The position numbers were made by a program, and so were the translations under genes. Below are positions 54,128 to 64,000 of a stretch of 64,000 nucleotides of DNA, piece after piece. The DNA is taken from positions 17,568,001 through 17,632,000 of the forward strand of contig CP068257.2 in the NCBI GenBank assembly GCA_009914755.4, given 5' to 3'. The stretch comes from the human T2T-CHM13v2.0 reference genome, Homo sapiens. The notes under the pieces are model-generated. The model had not been told where the DNA came from. It worked only from the letters and a program-made list of their open reading frames with translations, and did not search any database. Position 1 is the first letter of the stretch. Each line of letters begins with the position of its first letter.

Positions 54128-54238
54128 AACATAGAGTAGTAACATAAATGAAACAGTATAGTAACATAAATGAAACAAAGTATAGTAACATAAATAAAAC
54201 ATAGTTTAGTAACATAAATGAAGTATAGTACAGTAACA
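54128..54238. repeat. Minisatellite: 23-24-bp unit (agtatagtaacataaatgaaaca), about 4.5 imperfect tandem copies
   Basis: atagagtagtaacataaatgaaacagtatagtaacataaatgaaacaaagtatagtaacataaataaaacatagtttagtaacataaatgaagtatagtacagtaaca. Confidence 0.85.
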
Positions 54239-55239
54239 ATTTGGACCTCAAGTTATTTTATTAGCTAAAGAGGATTTATTTCTTTTTAATTTTAAATGTG
54301 TGATGTTTAATGACAATAAAAATAACAATAAAATTAATAGAAATTGTATTTGTATTCAAAATCCAGCCAGACACTTAAATCGCAAAACCAGTTCCTCTCC
54401 TGTTAAAAATTGTTTTTGACACTGGTATTCCACCATATAGTAAAACATAAACTGAAAGTTTTGTATTTATTTTTAAATAAATATAAGGCTGCTTTTAATT
54501 TATTTATTAATGTGGCATATAAACTGTTTTTTAAAAAAGATTAAATTACATAGCAAATATTGGAAATGGCTTGCTCTTGTTTAATAGAGCTCAGAGTATT
54601 TTGCAAAATTAAAGTGTTGAATAACCCCATGTTCTGGGAGTGTATTACAGTTTCAGAGAAGACAGCATCTTTAATCTGCTGTGGTGCGGAAAGTGCTTCA
54701 ATTCCACTTGGGGACTTTAATTCATACGTATGTCAGCATTGTCAATTAATGCTGACATTTGGTAACATGATTATAAATACGATTTACATATTCTATTATT
54801 TTTTCATTGTTATCAATAGAATAGCTTACTATTCAAATTGTTATTTTCCTGTTTTTAAGACAGGAAGAAGCCTCATTGTTATAGTAGCAGATATTTCAGA
54901 AAAAAAAAATAAGACTGCATTATACACACTCATTGATCTAATTGATTTTTCTTTCAGAAATGTAAAAGTGTGAAAAATGTACATATTAGAAATAAGAAAA
55001 TGTGGCAATAAGAAAAGAAACGGTGTCTTTTCATGATAGTTTCTTTTTTATTACACATTAAGAAAAATCAAATAGGAAAAGCTTGAGGAAAATCTCCAAA
55101 ATAAATACTTGGTGAACTATTTCTCTCTCCTTGGTCCCCACCACATATTCTTTAATTTTATTTACTTTTTGTTCCTCCAGTCAAACTCCCGCTGTGAGGC
55201 AACAAATAAACTATAAGACTATGAGGAAAGTGCTATGGA

Positions 55240-55673
55240 ATATGGTTTGTTGGTCCCCACCAAAACTCATGTTGAAAATTAGTCCCAATGTGATAATGTT
55301 AGTTAGTGGGGCCTAGTGGGAGATTTGTAAGTAAAGGAGGCTGATCCCTCATGAATGACTTGATGCTGTTCTTGCGGTAGTGAATGAGTTCTCGCTGTTG
55401 CGAGATTGGATTATCTTGGGAATGGATGAGTTCCTGTGATAGCGTGCTGTTACACAGCCAGGACATCCTTCAAGGTTTTCCCTCTTCACTCATCTGCTTC
55501 TTTTCTGACCTTCTTTCCCATCCAGTGATGCAGCATGAAAGTCCCCGCCAGAACCCAGGGTCATGCCCTTGATCTTCTCAGCCTGCAGAACTGCAAGCTA
55601 AATAAACCTCTTTTATTTATAAATTACCCAGTCTCAGATATTCTTTCATAGCAACACAAAACGGACTAAGACA
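55240..55673 (+). mobile_element. MST/MLT-type MaLR solo LTR (more diverged than the THE1 copies)
   Basis: tatggtttgttggtccccaccaaaactcatgttgaaa...ggtagtgaatgagttctcgctgttgcgagattggattatc...taaataaacctcttttatttataaattacccagtctcagatattctttcatagcaacacaaaacggactaagaca. Confidence 0.6.
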
Positions 55674-55837
55674 GGAAGCAAACACAACTGCATTTTTTTA
55701 AGCAACAGTAAAGTATTTGGAGTTTTAACAAGAAACTGTGGAATACTTACTTTCCTTCTTTTGAGATCCTAGATCACTTTTATCATTTAAGGTGGGGAAC
55801 ATGTAGCTCCACTTTGTTTCACTTGGTTTTCAAATTC

Positions 55838-55866
55838 TGTGTGTGTGTGTATGTGTGTGTGTGTGT
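55838..55866. repeat. (TG)n microsatellite
   Basis: tgtgtgtgtgtgtatgtgtgtgtgtgtgt. Confidence 0.9.
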
Positions 55867-56104
55867 TTACATCAGGGAATATATAAGAAAACAGTAGTCG
55901 CTCTCAATGACTCAGAATTATACAGGCAATATAATTGTGAGTTTCTTTCTAGTATTAACCTATTACCAAAGAAACACAGATTTATCTGTCTTATTTGGAA
56001 GGGAAGGTAAAAATATTTGCTACAAATACGTATCTATATATTTACATGGCATCATACTATCTCAGTCAATATTATTATTATCATCATCATCATCATTATT
56101 TTTA

Positions 56105-56880
56105 CATTAAGTTTCACTTTTGATGTTGTACATATTCTGTGGGTTTGGACAAATGTATAATGACATGTATCTGTCATTACATTGTTATGCAGAGTATTTT
56201 CAGTGCTCTAAAATTTCTTTGTACTCTGCCTAATTATTCCTTCTTCCCCCTCACCTCCTGGTACTCACTGTTCTATTTACCATAGTTTTGACTATTCCAT
56301 AATGTCATATCTTTGGAATCATAAATATGAAGCCTTTTCAGATTGGCTTCCTTCACTAAGTAACATGCATGTAAGTTTCCTCCATGTTTTTTCATTGCTT
56401 GATAGCTCATTTAATTTTAGTGCTGAATAATATTTCATTATTGACCCATTCTGCCACAGTTTATCCATTCACGTACTGAAGGACATCTTGATTGCTTGTA
56501 AGTTTCGGCAATCATGAATAAAGCTGCTAGAAACATCCATGTGCAGGATTTTAGGTGGGCATACATTTTTAACTCCTTTGGATAAATACCAAGGTCCAAT
56601 CATATGGTAAGAGTGTATTTAGTTTTATAAGTAACTTCCAAACTCTCTTCCAAAGTGGTTATAACGTTTCACATTTTTCCAGCAAAGAACGATTGTTCTT
56701 TCTGTTCTACATCCTCACTAGCACTTGGTGTTGTCACTGTCTTGGATATGGACCATTCTAATAAACATGGAGTGGTATCTCATTGTTGTTTGAGTGTGCA
56801 TTTCTCCAATGGTGTAAAATGTTGAGCATCTTTTCATATGCTTATTTACCACCTGTATATCTTTGGTGAGGAATATTTTT
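56105..56880 (+). mobile_element. Old L1 (L1M-type) 3'UTR fragment, plus orientation
   Basis: ...ctgtgggtttggacaaatgtataatgacatgtatctgtcattacattgttatgcagagtattttcagtgctct..., ...catatctttggaatcataaatatgaagccttttcagattggcttccttcactaagtaacatgcat..., ...tatccattcacgtactgaaggacatcttgattgcttg..., ...ggtatctcattgttgtttgagtgtgcatttctccaatggtgtaaaatgttgagcatcttttcatatgcttatt. These are typical L1M 3'UTR motifs. Confidence 0.55.
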
Positions 56881-58162
56881 AACTAGGAAATATATTTACT
56901 TCATTTAATCCAAAAATGTATTAAAGGATCTTGGGTAGTTTATTTCTAAGAGGGACAAATGATTATCACAGAGGAGTACATGTGTGTTCTCTCTGTGTCA
57001 TTATGGACACCAAATATGGGGTTTTGTGTCCAGTGCTTCTATCACTACCACTCCTGGGTCTCCACCTCACTTCTTGAAAGTATTTGATTACAAATAACAC
57101 TGGGTTATTTGACTTTCTGCTGAATTGGAATTTTTAGTGGAAACCTCCAAATGGCAGCTCCTAGATCATATGCCTAGCTCCTAGATGCAAAAGAGTCTAC
57201 AACAGGTAATTATGCCTTCCATGTTGGGAAATAGGAATGGAAATTTGAGACACATTCAGATTTCAAAATGACATTAAAAAGAAAATAGGCTTCCACAAGC
57301 ATCTGCTGTCTATCCCTTTATATGTGCATAACTAGCTATGTCCTACTTCCAATGACCAGGCCTTTTGGTTGTTGATTCCATACTGTTCAGGTCTCTGTCA
57401 AGTATTATTTGTGGTTGACTTGTCTCTTAACTCTCTACTATTGTGGATGTTTCTGGTGCCTCAGTCTTTTAGTTTTTATTGGACAGGTCTTGCAAAAGGC
57501 TACGCAGTGGTGACATCAGCTTCCACTCAGTTTTGTAGGGTTTCCCAGACAGTGACTTTGAAGGAAAGACTGACACATTATCACATACAAAATATTATCC
57601 TGAAAATCCTGAAGTAATAGTGGAATTATGTTTTAGTGTATAAAATTATGGAATGTGGGTTCCTATCCTCAAACAGTCTAACTCTAAAAGAAACAACAGA
57701 ATATATTAGACTGACAAAAATGAACAGACTCTATACAAAATGATTGGGCTATTTTAGTAAAGACATTCTTTTGTAGATTTTAATAGACAGTTTATAATTT
57801 GTACTCTTGTAGATAATTTTATTATCTGTATTTGCACCTATTTAACATGACACTTTAAAATTACTAAATACTCACCAAAACAGGAAGTGTATCTGTGCAG
57901 TATATTTTAAGGTCTCTTGTAGGTCATTCTTTCTTGAGTAAATAGATTCTGAGATCTCTAAAACTACTACATGTCATTATATTACTAACTGCAAGTGATT
58001 TCTTAGCCATTCCACTACAGAAATGTGGGTTAAAGAAGAAAAATGCTATAGCCTGTTAAACATTATTTCTATAATGTTATGTTACATTCAATATATATAT
58101 TTACTATTTATATCTATTGAATAGATTTAATATAACATGACATTATAGAAATAGTTACAGAC

Positions 58163-58213
58163 ATATATATATATATATATGTATATACACACACACACAC
58201 ACATACATATATG
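58163..58213. repeat. Compound (AT)n(AC)n microsatellite
   Basis: atatatatatatatatatgtatatacacacacacacacacatacatatat. Confidence 0.85.
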
Positions 58214-59143
58214 TAACTCATAGTAGGCATATGTTGTAAGTAGCTTTAGAAATATTTTATGCTTTCAGAACTTGTTGACCATTACCTTTTAGCTACATAA
58301 TCTAGAAATACTTTTATTGATTTTTTAAAAGTAATCCATCATGATTTGTTGTTCATAAATTTGATTATACAAAAGAGCATTAGTGTCATGAATTGAAGTT
58401 CAGCATTTTGGTGTTTAAATCTGCACAGTTTAAAATGGACTGTTTTCAAAACCAAAGACATATTTCAGATGCATTCCTCCCCGAGGAATGCATGACTTTG
58501 CATAGCAATGGATTTATAGGAGATCATGGAATAACTAAAGGCTTTAAACAACTCCTTGTTTTTCTTTACTAACTTCTGGCATTAAAGACACTCAATACAT
58601 TTAAGATAGTCCCTGGTACTTCCGATAATCTCGTAGCAAGTTTATTTATTCAAATTTTTAGTGAACCCTCTCCAACAAAATATAGCCGATCATATGTTTT
58701 AATGACTTTTAATGGATAATCATTGATTAATAAAATGCCTTCACCACAATATTATCAAGACTATAAAAATGATTTAAGTATGAAGAATTGGGACCAGGGA
58801 GTTGTAAAAATATATTTTTCTATCAAAACAAGGACTGAAAAATTTCTTCTTTAGTTACATGGATGTATCTTAAAATACATTCAGCTTTACTAATACCAAA
58901 CAGATTTACTAAAACTCACACCAATTTCTAACACACACACATGCCCACACACTCAAACAACACTCATATCAGATGAAAACTGTGAAAAATGAAATAAACC
59001 AGTCATATTTAAGCATAGTCAAGTCAATAAGTTAGAAAGAGATTATTGCTGGAAAAGCCTGATTCATGTTTGATGATTGATCATACTGTCAACGAAACAA
59101 GATTATTTGATCTTCCACTGATAACTAACATAACATGAGCCTA

Positions 59144-59171
59144 TGTGTGTGTGTGTGTGTGTGTGTGTGTA
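59144..59171. repeat. (TG)n microsatellite
   Basis: tgtgtgtgtgtgtgtgtgtgtgtgtgt. Confidence 0.9.
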
Positions 59172-62100
59172 TTACCTAATATTTTCATGCCAACTTTCTG
59201 CTCATTTGGCATGTATAATCATATACAATGTAGAAGTAAAAAACCTATTTTGCTTTTCATTCAACATACCGCAAGTTAATGGTACATATTAGTAATTTTA
59301 TTAATTTGTTGGTACAAATTCTGCCAATTCATGTTTATAGTTGATATTTCTGTTCAATACTTTTCGTAACTAAAATACAATTTAATACAAAACTAATTTT
59401 TGCATATTTTCTGAGTTTCCTTTATTGGCTAACCTGGAAGCATAGTCACAATACTACTATAGAGAGTTTGTTATTCATAAGATATATTACACAAGGAAGT
59501 ACTTAATAAGAAAGTTTAGCTTCTGAAATAGTTAAAAGAGAGAGCTATCTAAAAAGTATGAGGCAAAGAGATGAATAAATATGTATAATATTTTAATATA
59601 TCAAATAGATGGGCCACTAATAAAATCATGTATTCTGTATATAAGTTGTAACGATTTTACTAAGAAGGGTAAGTTTTTATTTTTTAACATATTGGTCTAG
59701 TAAAACATCTATTTGAATTTTTATTTATTCATTATGACACAATCAAAATATTACAAATCACTTAGATATCTTAAATATAGCGTACTTTCAAAAACAAAAA
59801 GGATGTCTATATGCCGTTAATAATTAGACAATTCTAACTTATTTCTATTTGGTTATCTTGAAGATAAGTTTCATTTTCTTTATTCTAAGAACATACTGGT
59901 TCATTTAACTGCATTCTGTTCTATCAATCATGTTGCTGAAAGTAGTCATTTTCTTATTTCAATTGCTTCTGGAAATCATATTTTATAAAAACTCAGATAC
60001 ATGTTTCACATGAGTATTGGTGGTAAGAGTGGTTAATAAGCCTGTCAGTTAGGTAAGCCCAAGTGATTTGGTCTGCATTAAAACAAACAAATAGGAAGTT
60101 TAGAAGCAGTGGTAGCAGCCTTTGGTTGTCTTATTTCTTATTTCTTGATTGCTGTTTTATTTCTCTCTGTCAGTAAATGACTTCCATTCTTTCAGCATTC
60201 TCTATTTCATTACTCAAGTCTCTGTTTTCTACTTTCTCTTTCCAGTACCCGAACAGCAGAGAAGACAGTGTTGGAAAAGCTAGCATTGTTATTAGTCTAA
60301 ATATTTTATTGAACAAGGGCTGGTAGAATATTTTGAAGGAGCACAAGCTATAATAAATCATGGCATCTACCAATGACAGTTTCAAATGAACACGTTCATT
60401 GGGCCAGACAAGTACATCACTAAGAGTGTTATTTACCTCAGGTGCTGACATATAGTGCCAGATGTTGAATTTAAACCCTGACTCAGTGATTGTGGCTGAA
60501 AACTGCATTGGCATTTTAAAAAGCATCTGTTATAAACCCTGATCTGAGTAAGACACAAACCACAGACCTTAATGCAGGCAATAACGAATGAGAGTTTAAA
60601 GTGATTACCTTGGCAAGTTCAGAAAGCATGAAGGCTGAGGTCAACTCAGAGTATGGAACATGTTCCTGTTAAAGGGACGTTTGTGGGGTCACTTTTCTAA
60701 GCACTTTCCCACAGAAGTATGAAAGATGTGTGGATAACTTCTAACTTAGCATTAAATGATATTTTATGAATTTGCAATATTTTTGCACGTGTTTTATTTT
60801 AAAAGATACCCTTATGAGTACTGCAGTTGGACCCCGCAAGAGGAATTTATGAGTTACTGAATAGTCATAAGAGTTGTACACTGCCAGTGAGGATCATTTT
60901 CAATAGGGTAACATGCATGTCATTCGAAGCTGTATATGTAGTTTTGGAAAATAACATATAAAGCCTGATACTAATTATTTACATCAGCAAATAGATTGAC
61001 ATTAAATTAAAAAAATATAGCAGCAGTTCTGTTCTAGAAAATATATAACAAAAAGTAATAAACTAAAAAATAATTAAGCTTTACATAAATAAATTTGATT
61101 TAATATGTTGATATCCATCCACTATAACTGGCATTTTGTCTTTAATTTTAATTAATAATTCTGTACATTTTACACAAAAATATGTTATAAAGAATACTTT
61201 TTATTTTTTATATTTATCATAGTTTATATTTTGATAAAAACATTGAAATTTTGTAAATATGTAAAATTTTATTTGATTTTGTTATTTTAGTTACTCAGTA
61301 GTAAAAAACTCACATGAAAATTTTGATTAAGCAACCTGTTAATCAAATTTTGATTAATAAATCGATAAAATTAGTCAAATTATTACTTTTATCCAATTAA
61401 AAGCAATAAAAAATTTAATTAAGTATAACATGATTATGCATGTCTTTATTTTATTGTTTATTCAGACACTGATAGCTCATCAACTGAATGGTCTGATAGC
61501 CAAAATAAAAATATGTAAGTCATCTTTGCCAATTTCAGCAATATAAAAGCCATTTATTTAAATATATGTATATATTTAATGTAATATTACATAATATTTT
61601 CAAGGTAGTAGAACAGAACATATGTTATTTAAGTTTGTTAAACCAGTTTATTGATTTTAAATATTTAGAGTCTATGAGCCTCCATGTTCTCATTTTAGGA
61701 CCTGAAAGTGTTAAGGTGATCAGAACCAAACCAGCCTATTCACATTTTAACAATGTGACACTTCTATTTCATGAGGAAAGATAAACATGAATGACCTTGC
61801 TTTTCACAATTTCATGAAAAAATATGTTTCACTCCTTTAGTGGTCAAAAATAGGGATTTCAATATCTATAAATCATTACTCTATTTTTTTATCTTAATAT
61901 CGTAATTTAGCTTGGACAACTACAACTCCCCCCAAGAACATAGCTGTTGGAAAGGGTGTGAGCTTATAGGCGACAAGTAATCCCACTATATTTCCTTGCT
62001 TCAGAGATTGGTTCAGGGGTGCTCAAATGAGCTGTCAGAGCCATTGTGATGCAATGAGATTTTGCTGGGACTTTGAGAGAGTGACAGTCCTCTCCTTCCA

Positions 62101-62919
62101 AGTATGCAAGGAGCACTGGGACTAATAAAACCCACTACTGAATAGCATAAAAACCTACATAAGCAGCCAACAGAGCCAACAGAAAATATAAAGCATTAAG
62201 ACATGAAGGAAAATTAAGTCCTTTTGTTATTAATATGAGAGTCTTTATAATAATGAGTTTGAAGCCAGCTCTATTATTCCTGGACTTGCCAGTCATGTTA
62301 GCCTTTATAATCTGCTTTGTTTTTGCAAACTCAACCATTTCAATTAATGCAATCATAGAGGAGAGAACTATGAAAGAGAGACTTTTACAGTGCTTTTCTA
62401 AATCCCTTAACCACTCTTTCCCCCAACTAGGGGTACAAGTGAGTTATCCAAGGGGATGGTAGGTAAAGGTTACTGCTGATGTTCAGTAGAATCAGTTGGT
62501 TCTGGCTCCCTCTCCCTCTTTCTGTCTCTCCATTTTGCCCATTGAAATTGGTAAGAAGGACTGGACTAGATCTTAAGAAGTAGGAATATACATTATGGCC
62601 CAATGTACTGGCCCTCTGGATTTTCAGTAGGTACATCTGCTAGTAAGTGAACACTTCAGTCTATAGTGCACAGGAACACTGAGAGAGCCACATTTCAGCA
62701 CTGGATTCAAACTACAATCACTAAAATCATTAAAATAAAAAAAAAAAAACCTTTGTAGGACTGAGATTAATTGGAGAGTTTTACAAAGAGTGGGAAGATC
62801 TTTGGGTTAACATTTGAATTAGGACCTGCATGGTCAAAAGTTAACCACCATGTAACAATGAGGATTAAGAATACGTCAGAGGAAATAGTGCCACAACTCT
62901 AAGGTTGAAGTGACCTTGG

Positions 62920-63275
62920 TGATATAGTTTGGCCATGTCCCCACCCAAATCTCATCTTGAATTGTAGCTCCCATAATTCTCTCTTATTGTAGGAGGGACA
63001 CAGTGGGAGATAATTGAATCACAGGGGCAGTTTTTCCCATAGGGTTCTTGTGGTAGTGAATAAGTCTCACGAGGTCTGATGGTTTCAAAAGCGAAATCCC
63101 TTTCACTTGACTCTCATTTTCTCTTGCCTGCTACCATGTAAGGCGTACCTTTCACCTTCTGCCATAATTGTGAGGCCTCCTCAGTCACACGGAACTGTGA
63201 GTCCATTAAACCTTTTTCTTTTGTAAATTGCCCAGTCTCAAGTATATCTTTATCAGTGAAAACGGACTAATACAC
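62920..63275 (+). mobile_element. THE1-family (MaLR) solo LTR
   Basis: tgatatagtttggccatgtccccacccaaatctcatcttgaattgtagctcccataatt...agtgaataagtctcacgaggtctgatggtttcaaaagc...cattaaacctttttcttttgtaaattgcccagtctcaagtatatctttatcagtgaaaacggactaatacac. Confidence 0.8.
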
Positions 63276-63624
63276 TTGACATACTTGAAGAAGGCATAGA
63301 ATGCCATGCTGGCTGGAACTGTAGATGAGCAGCTAGTAATAAAGAATGAGATCAGAAAGATTGAAGGGGCTCAGATATTTTTTTTTTTTTCAATTGACTG
63401 TCATGTCCCTGTGGGCCAAATGCATCAATCAGAAGCCTGGAGGAAACAAAGTATTCGTATTCTGAACTGAATCTACAATTAGAATACTTCTTATCAATGG
63501 GTATCAAAGGAACAGTTCTACTTCAGCATTCAATAGACATTGCAAATAATAATACATATAGGGTTGTGTGGACTTACAAAAATGGTACAGGAAGAGGGAT
63601 ACATAAGAAAGAGAGTAGTACCTG

Positions 63625-63992
63625 TCTTCATCCTTTTGGGCTGTGGTAACAAAATACCACAAACTGGGTAATTAATAAGCAATTTATTCCTCACGGTTCT
63701 GGAGGCTGGAGGTCCAAGATCAAAGTGCTAACAGATTCAGTGCCTGGTGAGGGCTCACTTTCTGGTTCATAGATGGTAACTTCTAGCTGTGTTCTCACAT
63801 GGTGGAAAGGGCTAGATACATTCCAAGGGTTTCTTTTATAAGGACACCAATTCCATTCATGAGCATTCTTCCCTCATGACCCAATCATTTCCCAAATGCC
63901 TCACCTCCTAGTATCATCATATCAGGTGATTTGGTTTTAACATATTAATTTTGGGGGTACACTAGTATTCAGACCATAGTAGTATCCATGAC
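63625..63992. mobile_element. MaLR/ERVL-like LTR repeat, same family as 50275-50590. It is antiparallel to the THE1 copies as read on the + strand.
   Basis: ggctgtggtaacaaaataccacaaactgggtaattaataagcaatttattcctcacggttctggaggctggaggtccaagatcaaagtgctaacagattcagtgcctggtgagggct...cacatggtggaaagggctagatac...taattttgggggtacactagtattcagaccatagtag. Confidence 0.55.
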
Positions 63993-64000
63993 TCTTCCTG

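Noticed and set aside
54128-54238. Possible CRISPR-like array
   Set aside because: The units are contiguous direct repeats with no unique spacers. There are only about 4.5 copies, degenerate and AT-rich, and the context is eukaryotic. It is a minisatellite.

Overview
This window is primate (human-type) nuclear DNA from an AT-rich, gene-poor region, not a prokaryotic locus. I found no cas genes, operons, CRISPR array or defence system, and none of the six-frame ORFs is a credible protein-coding gene. Recognisable interspersed repeats make up most of the window. There are eight Alu elements, one with a perfect 15-bp target-site duplication and several with identifiable TSDs. There are at least eight L1 fragments, including a ~5.8 kb L1 pile-up with an inverted (twin-priming-like) segment. 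Five THE1/MST-type MaLR solo LTRs are present, one of them split by an L1 3'-end insertion. There are four further LTR-like copies of uncertain family, one MADE1 mariner MITE, and many microsatellites and AT-rich low-complexity blocks. The one gene-derived feature is an intronless, multiply disabled retrocopy of the taurine transporter SLC6A6 at about 36175-38020 (+). It sits inside a MIR fragment and is cut off a few codons before the stop where an L1 begins. I think an SLC6A6 pseudogene is assigned to chromosome 21, but I cannot confirm from the sequence that this window is that locus. Three further items are worth follow-up. A 193-bp segment is present twice in inverted orientation about 2.5 kb apart, at about 98% identity. 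A ~280-bp segment at 49470-49750 resembles, from my recollection, a teleost-wide repeat, which could mean an ancient exapted element. The third is the L1-in-L1 structure with a 5' inversion. All family assignments are from my own pattern recognition without database searches. Boundaries are approximate, within about 10-30 bp for repeats.
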